DNA of 64,000 nucleotides, from the NCBI GenBank assembly GCA_002269645.1, contig NIVC01000659.1:310001-374000 (forward strand). The letters are read 5' to 3'. The notes under the pieces are model-generated. The model was not told the DNA's origin. It worked only from the letters and a program-made list of their open reading frames with translations, and did not search any database. Below, in pieces: positions 46,215 to 60,560 of the stretch. A program made the position numbers and the translations under genes. This DNA is from Macrostomum lignano (lineage: Eukaryota). How positions within the stretch are numbered: the first letter of the stretch is position 1; every line of letters starts with the position of its first letter.

Positions 46215-48062
46215 CAGTAACACAGTTCTGTAACACAATCCTGTAACACAATCCTGTAACACAATCCTGTAACACAATCCTGTAAAACAATCCTGTAACA
46301 CAATCCTGTAACACAATCCTGTAAAACAATCCTGTAACACAATCCTGTAACACAATCCTGTAACACAATCCTGTAACACAATCCTGTAACACAATCTTGT
46401 AACACAATAATGTAACACAGTCCTGTAACACAATCCTGTAACACAATCCTGTAACACAATCCTGTAACACAGTCCTGTAACACAATCCTGTAACACAATC
46501 CTGTAACACAATCCTGTAACACAATCCTGTAACACAATCCTGTAACACAATCCTGTAACACAATAATGTAACACAGTCCTGTAAGACAATCCTGTAACAC
46601 AATCCTGTAACACAATCCTGTAACACAATCCTGTAACACAATAATGTAACACAGTCCTGTAACACAATCCTGTAACACAGTCCTGTAACACAATCCTGTA
46701 ACACAGTCCTGTAACACAATCCTGTAACAGAATCCTGTAACACAATCCTGTAACACAATCCTGTAACACAATCCTGTAACACAATAATGTAACACAGTCC
46801 TGTAAGACAATCCTGTAACACAATCCTGTAACACAATCCTGTAACACAATCCTGTAACACAATAATGTAACACAGTCCTGTAACACAATCCTGTAACACA
46901 GTCCTGTAACACAATCCTGTAACACAATCCTGTAACACAATAATGTAACACAGTCCTGTAACACAATCCTGTAACACAATTCTGTAACACAGTCCTGTAA
47001 CACAATCCTGTAACACAATCCTGTAACACAATCCTGTAACAGAATCCTGTAACACAATCCTGTAACACAATCCTGTAACACAATCCTATAACACAATCCT
47101 ATAACACAATCCTATAACACAATCCTATAACACAATAATGTAACACAGTCCTGTAACACAATTCTATAACACAGTCCTGTAACACAATCCTGTAACACAA
47201 TAATGTAACACAGTCCTGTAACACAATTCTATAACACAGTCCTGTAACACAATCCTATAACACAATAATGTAACACAGTCCTGTAACACAATCCTGTAAC
47301 ACAATAATGTAACACAGTCCTGTAACACAATCCTGTAACACAGTCCTGTAACACAATCATGTAACACAATCCTATAACACAGTTCTGTAATACAATCCTG
47401 TAACACAATCCTGTAGCACAATCCTGTAACACAATTCTGTAGCAAAATTCTGTAACACAATCCTGTAACACAATAATGTAACACAATTCTGTAGCACAAT
47501 CCTGTAACACAATCCTGTAACACAATTCTGTAGCAAAATTCTGTAACACAATCCTGTAACACAATAATGTAACACAATTCTGTAGCAAAATTCTGTAACA
47601 CAATCCTGTAACACAATCCTGTAACACAATCCTGTAACACAATAATGTAACACAATTCTGTAGCAAAATTCTGTAACACAATCCTGTAACACAATCCTGT
47701 AACACAATAATGTAACACAATTCTGTAGCAAAATTCTGTAACACAATCCTGTAACACAATCCTGTAACACAATTCTGTAACACAGTCCTGTAACACAATC
47801 CTGTAACACAATAATGTAACACAATTCTGTAGCAAAATTCTGTAACACAATCCTGTAACACAATTCTGTAACACAGTCCTGTAACACAATCCTGTAACAC
47901 AATAATGTAACACAATTCTGTAGCAAAATCCTGTAACACAATCCTGTAACACAATCCTGTAACACAATCCTGTAACACAATCCTGTAACACAATCCTGTA
48001 ACACAATCCTGTAACACAATCCTGTGACACAATTCTGTAACACAGTCCTGTAACACAATCCT
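46215..48062. repeat. 13-bp minisatellite (ctgtaacacaatc) with higher-order variant blocks
   Basis: Direct inspection. Confidence 0.95.
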
Positions 48063-48709
48063 TAATAACCCATTCATCGCAATGCTAGTAAAAGCACTTT
48101 CCTGTGGAAAAAGATTTGCCTCAAAGAGCTGGCGGTGGCTCTGCAGTGGGGAAATTCTACCTTGAGGGATTTGTGACCCTTCACACCTGCGCGCCTTCAT
48201 TCGCGTGTTTGCCAAACAAGCAGACTCTCTATTCCCTCATTTCTCCCACTCCTTTGTCTCTTCAATACAAGCAACCTGCGACCTCAGCTATAGTCTCTGA
48301 GAATGTGGAAAAATTAATTTTGCCGCGGAAATGTGTTTCTGAATTATTAATCGGCGTATTACATAGTATTCCCTACTCACCTCGGCACGGCTCTAGGAAA
48401 CGGGTGCAGTGAAGCGTAGGCTGCAGCGGCAGTGAAGTCAGTGCGGCACAAACTGCCTTTAGTAGGCGTGCGCCTCCTCACTTCTTCGAAGTCTTAAAAA
48501 AGCTTTTTAGGGAAAAAATAGAGCGTCAATTCCCCGAGAACTAATGACGTAATTGCCTTCACTTTTTAGAAGTCTTCAAACTGTAAGGCATAATGCAGTT
48601 AATCCTACTTTTTGCGTTAACTCAATCCTTGTGTGAATCCTTGTGTTTTTGAGCTTTTAGTCAGCGTCCTCATTTGGGATTTTAACACCTTCAGTAATCC
48701 TAGTGCGTT

Positions 48710-49935
48710 CTGTACCCCATGGATAGATGTGTATCCCACGGATAGATCTGTATCCCAAGGATAGATGTGTACCTCATGGATAGATCTGTATCCCATGGAT
48801 AGATGTGTATCCCATGGATAGATGTGTATCACACGGATAGATCTGTATCCCAAGGATAGATGTGTACCTCATGGATAGATCTGTATCCCATGGATAGATG
48901 TGTATCCCATGGATAGATGTGTATCACACGGATAGATCTGTATCCCATCGATAGATGTGTACCCCATGGATAGATGTGTATCCCATCGATAGATGTGTAC
49001 CCCATGGATAGATGTGTATCCCATGGATAGATGTGTATCCCATGGATAGATGTGTATCCCATGGATAGATGTGTATCCCATCGATAGATGTGTACCCCAT
49101 GGATAGATGTGTATCCCATGGATAGATGTGTATCCCATGGATAGATGTGTATCCCATGGATAGATGTGTATCCCATGGATAGATGTGTATCCCATCGATA
49201 GATGTGTATCCCATGGATAGATGTGTACCCCATGGATAGATGTGTATCCCATGGATAGATGTGTATCCCATGGATAGATGTGTATCACACGGATAGATGT
49301 GTATCCCATGGATAGATGTGTATCCCATGGATAGATTTGTATCCCATCGATAGATGTGTACCCCATGGATAGATGTGTATCCCATCGATAGATGTGTATC
49401 CCATGGATAGATGTGTATCCCACGGATAGATGTGTATCCCACGGATAGATGTGTATCCCATGGATAGATGTGTATCCCATGGATAGATGTGTATCCCACG
49501 GATAGATGTGTATCCCATGGATAGATGTGTACCTCATGGATAGATCTGTATCCCATGGATAGATCTGTATCCCATGGATAGATGTGTATCACACGGATAG
49601 ATGTGTATCCCACGGATAGATGTGTACCCCATGGATAGATGTGTACCCCATGGATAGATGTGTATCTCATGGATAGATGTGTACCCCATGGATAGATGTG
49701 TATCTCATGTATAGATGTGTATCCCATGTATAGATGTGTACCCCATGGATAGATGTGTACCCCATGGATAGATGTGTATCTCATGTATAGATGTGTATCC
49801 CATGTATAGATGTGTACCCCATGGATAGATGTGTATCCCATGGATAGATGTGTATCTCATGTATAGATGCGTATCCCATCGATAGATCTGTATCTCATCG
49901 ATAGATGTGTATCCCACGGATAGATGTGTATCCTC
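48710..49935. repeat. 19-bp minisatellite (ccatggatagatgtgtatc)
   Basis: Direct inspection. Confidence 0.95.
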
Positions 49936-50535
49936 AGAATTCAGCACCCCCTATTTTCCCAAAATTTAAGAAAAAAGCACGCATAAAACAGATCAATACA
50001 AGGCAGACAGCATTTTTTTTGCTTTTTCTGCATATTTCTGTTTAAACAACAAGAAAGTCGGCCTTCGATTGTCACGCCATCGAAAGCTAAAAGAGAAAAA
50101 GTTGACTCTATCAGGTTTTTTTATCCGATAAGATTGCGTAATCTGCCATCAGAAGTTTGCGTGCTGATCTTGCCGCCGTTTTGCTCCCAAACCCCTGGCC
50201 GCGACCCGCCCCGACCTATACAGAATTCTCCCAGGGCAAGATAAAAACTGGAAAAAATAGCCCCGATCAAAAGAATCCGATTTCTTCTCTCTGGAGGTCG
50301 ATTCTATGCGCCAGGGCTGATTACGCAACAGCCCCAACTCGCAGGAAATCTGAGCGTGTCGCGTGCGATTCTATTGCGAGACCCCTGCAGATCAGCTAAT
50401 AGAGAACACGGCTGGGCGGTCAGTTAATGAAACCGTTGTGAGATCACGGGCAGGATAGAGAGGGCTTCGATGCGTTAAAACGTTTTCTTTTTTAGGTAAG
50501 CTTTTAGGGTGCTGAGCAGGTAGCTTTGGAACCAC

Positions 50536-51215
<680 letters not shown>

Positions 51216-51544
51216 ACAAAAACCTAGCAGACACAGCATGAAATTCAGGTGAGCAGATACAGCAATCAGAGCAAGAACTCACTTCTCCATCACAAAGCCA
51301 TGATCAGGTTGCCTCCGCTTTGCCATTTAGCTGGGCAAATTCCGATCCTGAGGATCAATCCCATTGCGAGTCTTCTGCATTCACTAGCAGCATTGCCGCC
51401 CGATACACTCAGCAGATTTCAGCTTGCTTTTTATTCATTCATACAAAGCATTCATTCCTTTAGACTATTCAGAATCCGAATATTCACTTTGTCAATATGA
51501 CATCCGCTAAGGTCAACCCTAAGCTGTTTGAGCTGTACTGCAGA

Positions 51545-51765
51545 TCTGCACTGAACAGACACAGATCTACACTGAACAGACACAGATCTACACTGAACAG
51601 ACACAGATCTACACTGAACAGACACAGATCTACACTGAACAGACACAGATCTACACTGAACAGACACAGATCTACACTGAACAGACACAGATCTACACTG
51701 AACAGACACAGATCTACACTGAACAGACACAGATCTACACTGAACAGACACAGATCTACACTGCA
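51545..51765. repeat. 21-bp minisatellite (tacactgaacagacacagatc)
   Basis: About 10 copies. Confidence 0.93.
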
Positions 51766-52324
51766 TTGACTGCATACTACGTAGTAGCATCCAGGTAGAA
51801 TCTCGCGTGCTTACTAATTTTTAAGTTCCCTAATTAACCTGACAGATTAGTCAGTTGCCAAGCTTCTCTCTCACCTTGTCCGTATCCTAACAGTTGGTTT
51901 GACCATCCAGGCACGGAGGCACGTCACGTGACTTTTTATATAATTGACGTCAACCCATGGATTGGCAATAAAAACTTCTGACTACCGCTCCCCCATTGTG
52001 CATCTGAGAGTTTAATTTTATGGAATTATTTTAATTGGAACTCTTTCGATAAACTTAATCGTATGCAGCAGAAGCAGAGCCTGTCTATCAACATTTCTAA
52101 TCACTGAACTAACTAGCCAACTTTGCCTCAAGTACTTCTGCAAGGCAGGGAGCATCGCTTCAAAGGAATTCATTTTATGTTCAACTAAATAATGCACTGC
52201 GTCGACAGCTTTTCTTAAACGAATACGAAGGCTTGGAAAGTTTTTTGGAAAAGTGCAAATTTACAGTTCAAGCATTTCGCATTGGCCCCAATGCATATCT
52301 GTTTTCATTTGTTTGCCTGAGTGC

Positions 52325-53085
<761 letters not shown>

Positions 53086-53783
53086 TCTGCATGCCCCACC
53101 TGTCCCCTATTAGTCTGTGTTGCAGCCCCAGTGCCTCATAGGCAGCTGTCAATTAAACTCATTTCGCATTGAGCCGGCCCCCTCTTTCCCATCTGGCAGT
53201 GCAGGGAGAAGCGGGAGCAGTCACGTCTAAAGGTGGGACGCGAGCTCCCCACAGAATCCAACTGAGCGGGCCAATAGCAGTGCAGCCGGAGGTGAGCAGC
53301 CGCAGCTTCTGGTCCGTCACCCTCCCCCCAAGCCCCAGGACTGGTTTTGAGCCTATAAATTTTACACTGCGCCAGCATCTCCGCTGACCATCAGCATTCC
53401 TTAGTGGGAACAGAGGTCCACATCCTGCCTGACTCCCAGTGTGGGCGATTCTCTCTACACCGCAAGAGCTTCATCATCGCCCCCTCTAGAGCCCCCGAAA
53501 GCCCTGCGCTCTCAATAATTCAACAGAACTGCAGACAACTTCTCTTGTCCAGGAGTAAACCAGAGAGATAGAGTGAGAACAGACAAGACAGACACAAGAG
53601 CCATCAACCCACGCACTCGCGAGTCCAGCCGCACTTCTCAAGCTGCAAGAGCTGCACAATGCCTCATCATCAGCATCATCATTGGCGGCACCCATCGCTT
53701 GGCCATTGTCAGTGAGCATCGCAGATCTTTCTCGGCAAAGCAGAAACCTGTGTTCCCCTAGAATTCGAAAAAGCGAGGCCAGC

Positions 53784-54173
53784 ATGTCTGCTTCTTGTTT
53801 TTGGCGCCAGCTGCTTCAGTTGTTAGCTTTGCTATTTCTGCTTTCGGCACTTCTAGCAGCAGCGACACAGCAGCAACAACAACAGCAACAGCAGCAGCAA
53901 CAGCAGCAGCAACAGCAGCAGGAGCAGCAATCAGTAAAGCCGCTGCCAATTCTCACAGCGGCCGAGCAGAAATTCCTGTCTCACGGAATCCACATCGGCC
54001 AGAGCAATTTGAGCTCAACTGAAGCTGAGCACACTGTCACGGTCAGTCAGAGAGTTCTGCTGCGCAATCGGCGTTCGTTCGAGAGTCTGCGCCGCCTGAT
54101 GAAGCGCGGCCAGCTGCAGACTTATCTGCGGAGTCTGGCCTCGGTTGGTGACAGGCCAGAGGACCAGCACTGA
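53784..54173 (+). CDS. Secreted peptide-precursor-like protein, 129 aa (signal peptide, polyQ, RNRR and KR sites)
   Basis: Hydrophobic N-terminus MSASCFWRQLLQLLALLFLLSALLAAA, CAG/CAA polyQ, furin-type RNRR, and C-terminal segment SFESLRRLMKRGQLQTYLRSLASVGDRPEDQH. GC-rich coding-like composition. Confidence 0.65.
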   Translation: MSASCFWRQLLQLLALLFLLSALLAAATQQQQQQQQQQQQQQQQQQEQQSVKPLPILTAAEQKFLSHGIHIGQSNLSSTEAEHTVTVSQRVLLRNRRSFESLRRLMKRGQLQTYLRSLASVGDRPEDQH

Positions 54174-54619
54174 CCCGATCCCCTCATCTGTCCAAGTCTT
54201 CGTTGTCTTCAAAGAACTACATTGCGTGGAATTTCGAAAAAAAAGTATTGTTTCAATGTGTTACTGTGCAACCCTGGCTAAATCCCATCCCGCTCTCTGA
54301 CAGTTGGTGAGGATCTTTATTTTAAGTTGCTCCCCATGGGAATTACCTCTATTGCACAGTCTCATTCTCTTAGTCAAGTAATTCTCTGTTCAATAATTTG
54401 TTTGGTCTTGAGTTCAAATGTCCTAATGATGATTGGCATTTAATTTGGTCAGAGTCAATTGGCAATATGCTTATCAATATTTGATAATCTAGTTAATGAC
54501 TTGAGAAGTCATCTGAAAATGTAAATTTTGACTTGTTATATTATTAAACCATTTCTGCCCTCATAGACCTCCCTTACTGTTCTAGATTGTCGAAATCCTG
54601 TGAAGTTAGATCCATAATT

Positions 54620-55830
54620 AGCCTCCCAGATCCTCAGTTGCTTGGTCAACCTCCCAGATCCTCAGTTGCTTGGTCAACCTCCCAGATCCTCAGTTGCTTG
54701 GTCAACCTCCCAGATCCTCAGTTGCTTGGTCAACCTCCCAGATCCTCAGTTGCTTGGTCAACCTCCCAGATCCTCAGTTGCTTGGTCAACCTCCCAGATC
54801 CTCAGTTGCTTGGTCAACCTCCCAGATCCTCAGTTGCTTGGTCAACCTCCCAGATCCTCAGTTGCTTGGTCAACCTCCCAGATCCTCAGTTGCTTGGTCA
54901 ACCTCCCAGATCCTCAGTTGCTTGGTCAACCTCCCAGATCCTCAGTTGCTTGGTCAACCTCCCAGATCCTCAGTTGCTTGGTCAACCTCCCAGATCCTCA
55001 GTTGCTTGGTCAACCTCCCAGATCCTCAGTTGCTTGGTCAACCTCCCAGATCCTCAGTTGCTTGGTCAACCTCCCAGATCCTCAGTTGCTTGGTCAACCT
55101 CCCAGATCCTCAGTTGCTTGGTCAACCTCCCAGATCCTCAATTGCTTGGTCAACCTCCCAGATCCTCAGTTGCTTGGTCAACCTCCCAGATCCTCAGTTG
55201 CTTGGTCAACCTCCCAGATCCTCAGTTGCTTGGTCAACCTCCCAGATCCTCAGTTGCTTGGTCAACCTCCCAGATCCTCAGTTGCTTGGTCAACCTCCCA
55301 GATCCTCAGTTGCTTGGTCAACCTCCCAGATCCTCAGTTGCTTGGTCAACCTCCCAGATCCTCAGTTGCTTGGTCAACCTCCCAGATCCTCAGTTGCTTG
55401 GTCAACCTCCCAGATCCTCAATTGCTTGGTCAACCTCCCAGATCCTCAGTTGCTTGGTCAACCTCCCAGATCCTCAGTTGCTTGGTCAACCTCCCAGATC
55501 CTCAGTTGCTTGGTCAACCTCCCAGATCCTCAGTTGCTTGGTCAACCTCCCAGATCCTCAGTTGCTTGGTTGCAACCTCCCAGATCCTCAGTTGCTGGGC
55601 CACCAGCCTCCAAGATCCTCAGTTGCTGGGCCAGCCGCCCAGATCCTCAGTTGCTGGGCCAGCCGCCCAGATCCTCAGTTGCTGGGCCAGCCGCCCAGAT
55701 CCTCAGTTGCTGGGCCACCAGCCTCCCAGATCCTCAGTTGCTGGGCCACCAGCCTCCCAGATCCTCAGTTGCTGGGCCAGCCTCCCAGATCCTCAGTTGC
55801 TGGGCCAGCCTCCCAGATCACCAGTTGCTG
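54620..55830. repeat. 28-bp minisatellite (cctcccagatcctcagttgcttggtcaa, switching to ...gctgggccag)
   Basis: About 43 copies; same family as AMFR intron 2. Confidence 0.95.
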
Positions 55831-56949
55831 GGCTTCCGCCTTAACCCTCCCGGAATCTCGGGTTAAACTGTAAACGATAAAGTTTCAGTAGCAGATTATC
55901 CCAAAACGCTGTAACTGCTATACTATCAACTGCTTTAATCTCGATTAGCGATCTTTTACGAGTAACAATAAATGACGCCCAATAATGTAATATTTTATTT
56001 TTTCAGCCGTACGTTGGCATGCGATGCATACAGTTGAAACCACTCTGCAATAAAAGTAAATATATGACTCTGCAGTTTCTGTAAACTACTCAACGTAAAA
56101 TCTTGGTGTCTATTCAACCGTGAGCCAGCAAACTACTCGTAAAGCACCCATTATAAGCAATCTATCAACTAGATTTACAAGCATCATAGCTACAGTCCAG
56201 CTAAACTGCCCCGGGAAGTCAGAAGAAATTCTCAAAAGAAAATTACATTTGCTGTCCGGAAAGCGGAAAGCAGAAAAGGAAGAGTGGATGAAGCAGAAGA
56301 GAGGAGGCTGCCGAGCCTGAAAGATGAAAGAGAAGAAGAGTGTAACGGTTGCCAACCGGCCTTTGCCAGAACACTAATCGATATGTGATTAGCGCAGGAT
56401 TCCCAATGCCCCCCCTTGATCGGAGTTCCGCAACAGCCATCGGGTCCGCCAGGCAACCTACCTGTCTAGCTAGTGGTCGAGATGAGATATAGAAATAATA
56501 ACTTGAGCAACCCGGCTGAGTTCCCTGCCCAGGATGTCTAAAAATAGTGGACGAGACGGAGCTGCAGCAGGCATTGAATCAGAACTGAGTGGGTGTCTGT
56601 TCCATGCCTGAATCTGGATCATTTGAATTATTAATGCACTCACTGACTGCAGATGCAGGCTCAGTCAATGGAGCCAAGTCGTGTCCAGGCTAATTTTCTA
56701 GTTTCAGTCTAGGCAGAGGTCAGAGGATTCAGATCAAATATAATCTATGGTAGTAAAATACACACTCCGTTCCGGTCGGCTATGGTAAGCAGAACTTTTA
56801 GAACCAGATCTTCCCAGTTTTTTTACTAGATTACTAGATTTTACTAGTAGTTTAGATCTAGATCTAGATTTTCTGGTTTTCCCAGCAGGCTGTTAGGGCT
56901 GCATGTGGCCGTCCATTCAATCGACGCCGCCCATGCAGCGGTTGTAAGT

Positions 56950-58120
56950 CAAAGCTGAGCGGCACTTCTGCTTAGTATCTTAGTATCAGTATCTGCAGCC
57001 GTTGCTCCACCTCGGGCGATTGGACGGAGTGGAACTTTTGATGCTGCCTTCTTTGTGTCCAGCAAATACGTTTTTAGACCGCTTTCCTTTCTTTCAACAA
57101 TCTTTGCAACCAGCACGGCACCCTTGCGCATGAAGCCGACATCATTGGGCGGCACATTTAACTGCCTGAGCTCGTATGGTGCAAGTCAGATCAGTATCTC
57201 GATCCAGAAGGACTTGGCCAACTGATAGGAACCAAACCACTTGTCGACAAAAATGCCTTGGTCTAACAGATCTTGGCAAAGCTCGACAACAATTTTTTCG
57301 CTGAATGACAGGTGTTCGCTTTGTGGATCTACATCAAATCTACGATTCTCCTCTGGAGTAGCATGAACTCGAAAGTTACAAGTAGCTTGTTTCAGACTCG
57401 CAAGCACAGTACAGCTTGATGCCGTACCTGGCGCGCTTAGTTGGAATGTACTGCTTGAAGCCTAGTCGTCTTTGTAAAGAACTAACAACTCGTCAATACT
57501 TATTTCTTCCTCAGGTCTGTAGATGTTCATGCAAATTGCAAATTGTTAAAAAATGGACGAATCTTGTACAACGGATCACCAGGTGTGTGATCCTCACGGC
57601 AATTATAAAAGCGAAGAAAGCCGAGCAATTGCTTGAAGCGGTCTCTAAAGAGCGCCTCATGTGCTTGAAAATATGGCGTCGAGTGGTAGCTGTCAGTACT
57701 CCAGTAATCATTCATTTCAGTCTTCTTGTTGCTGCCCATGTATAGGTACATGCCAATCAACTTCTTGACTTCATTTGCGCTACATTCGTTCCACTGTGAC
57801 AAACTTAAATGCGAAAAACATCAGCATCCAATGAATGAATTGCTGCCCAGGCTCTACGGTTAGTCCACTTAGCCAGGTCTTCAAACAACGAATCAGACAG
57901 GAATAAACCTAGGAAGAAGGAAGTTGTGTGCAGGCACTATTATTCCAGGATTCAGGCCAGGTGTTCCGAAAAACTCGATGTCTGTCGCCGATGCGTCGTT
58001 CTCAATCCCAACGATAGCAGGCCGCCATGACAACTCATCAGCATTGTCCAGAACACTGATAAGAGGTCGTCCTCGTCGTCCGATGTCATGAGTTCCTGAG
58101 ACACTTCGTCCGCTTAAGCC
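56950..58120 (-). pseudogene. Decayed piggyBac-like (PGBD4-type) transposase
   Basis: Fragments across frameshifts and stops: EVKKLIGMYLYMG...DYWST, RDRFKQLLGFLRF, DPLYKIRPFF, ISIDELLVLYKRRLGFKQYIPTKRARYGIKLY and GIFVDKWFGS. Acidic N-terminal stretch. Termini not found. Confidence 0.85.
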
Positions 58121-58579
58121 ATTTCAAGCACTTTAAGAACTGGTTTTAGTTTTTGACTCAAACCAGACTGAGACGGATTAAGTATAGGGAACAAAAACTT
58201 AAGGAGTCCAAGAACCACTGTAGTATAAAGCGGCACTGTATAAGCTGTTAAAAAAGCTAGACGAGTGAGGAGACAGATCAGCTTCTCTGTTTGAACTGAC
58301 TGCGGGCTAGGAAAAAGCACGTTTCTTATACTGTTTGTGTTGCCCATCCCTCTTGTACAGGGGACCAGTGTGCTTTCAGTCTAGAAACAGGCTACTTAGA
58401 TGTACAGTTTTGTTTATTTTTCTACACTATTCGGCTGAATCTATTGATAAGCACTGCTTACCATCCGACTGGAACGGAAATGATCAAAATTTAGGCCAAC
58501 TTCTGAAGTGGTTTTAAAACTCAGTCAGCATTATTGTTTCTTTGTTGTCTGCAATGGACACTAAAAAGCCCCCGTTTAG

Positions 58580-59480
58580 GACAGATGGACACTATAAGAT
58601 GGACACTATAAGATGGACACTATATGATGGACAGTTTGAGATGATAATGGACACTATATGATGGACAGTATGAGATGGATACAATGGGATAGACACCATG
58701 AGATGGACAATATGAGATGGACACTATGAGATAGACACTATGAGATGGACACCATGAGATGGACACCATGAGATTGACACTATGAGATGGACACCATGAG
58801 ATTGACACTATGAGATGGACACCATGAGATAGACACTATGAGATGGACACTATGAGATAGACACTATGAGATAGACACTATGAGATAGACACCATGAGAT
58901 AGACACCATGAGATGGACACTATGAGATTGACACTATGAGATGGACACCATGAGATTGACACTATGAGATGGACACCATGAGATAGACACTATGAGATGG
59001 ACACTATGAGATAGACACCATGAGATGGACACTATGAGATAGACACTATGAGATAGACACTATGAGATAGACACCATAAGATGGACACTATGAGATAGAC
59101 ACCATGAGATGGACACAATAATATGGACACTATAAGATGGACACTATGAGATGGACACTATGAGATAGACACCATGAGATGGACACTATGAGATAGACAC
59201 TATGAGATGGACACTATAAGTTGGACACTATAAGATGGACACTATGAGATGGACACTATGAGATGGACACTATGAGATAGACACTATGAGATGGACACTA
59301 TGAGTTGGACACTATAAGATGGACACTATGAGATGGACACTATGAGATGGACACTATGAGATAGACACTATGAGATAGACACTATGAGATGGACACTATG
59401 AGATAGACACTATGAGATAGACACCATGAGATGGACACAATAATATGGACACTATAAGATGGACACTATGAGATAGACAC
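58580..59480. repeat. 14-bp minisatellite (ggacactatgagat)
   Basis: Direct inspection. Confidence 0.95.
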
Positions 59481-60135
59481 TACCCAGTGGGGCAGATTTT
59501 TGGGGCGTAGGGTCTGGGCGGCATGCGCGCAGGTGTCGCCCCGGGCGCGGCTCGATTTTCCTATCCCCACCTTGTACGCTCGGGCGCCGGTGTGGCGCAT
59601 TGCTGATTTAACCTTGTTTTATTATGTTTTTAGTGGCGTTTCGTGAAGGAAATGTGATTTGTAACGTAAAATAGTATCTTCCACTTTTCATTTGAATAAT
59701 TTTTTCTGTTTAAACGAAGTGTAAAATTCCCTACAAACGCGATACAATTTTTAAATTTTCAATTGCTCTTTCTTAAGCGAACTTATGTTAACTCGTCCTA
59801 TGCCACTGGTAGTAGGATAAAAAGATGTGCTTCAGACATCGATTTTCAGGTACAGAAAAATATTTATTTTTAAGCGTGTGTATTTCTCCAGCTTATAAGT
59901 CGAGAGTAACTAACAAGTTCGCAATTGTTGTGTATTCGCAATTAAGCTATATTCGAGCTATGTAGGTGTTAGCTACTTTCGGGTAGCTAGCTACTGCTAA
60001 TTGTTTATTCATTCGATTAAGGTGAGTGCCGAAAATTGGACTTTCCAAGTCATATTGACTTGACTTTCGACTTTTTAAGTCAAAATTGAACAAGTAAATT
60101 TGTATACGTATAATCCCAGTGGAAAAAGAAAATCT

Positions 60136-60168
60136 GGCGACTCGGGGCGACGGTCGCCCCGAGTCGCC
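60136..60168. other. Perfect 33-bp GC-rich palindrome (16-bp arms, 1-nt centre)
   Basis: ggcgactcggggcgac-g-gtcgccccgagtcgcc. Confidence 0.9.
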
Positions 60169-60560
60169 TCGCGTCAGGAATAGTATATAGGCTAAAATGT
60201 TTTGCTTCAAAGCGTCTTCGATCGTGTTTCGGAATAACAGGTATTTAGGAAAAATTATATAATTCTTCATTTACTGTATTCTGATTTTGCTGTCCCTACT
60301 GATAATCCGCTCCAAGTTCGCCCACCGGACGCCATGCACCCTTAGATTTAGCATTCGCAATTTCTATTGTGGCCTTAATTTATCATGCGCAAGGAATTGT
60401 TCCAAATGGTATAAATTGCATAGAGAGATTCCATTTTGAAAGCTACGGGTAATATGTGCACCCGATTTTAAGTACGTGTAAAAATTTATCCTGGCCTTCA
60501 CAGAAAATTGTGATGTTCTTTTTATATTTTTCCTAAACCCAGGTCCCACCTCATCCCCGC

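Noticed and set aside
50134-50331. Inverted pair ttgcgtaatc(t/a)gcc as MITE ends
   Set aside because: No TSD and no second copy in the window.
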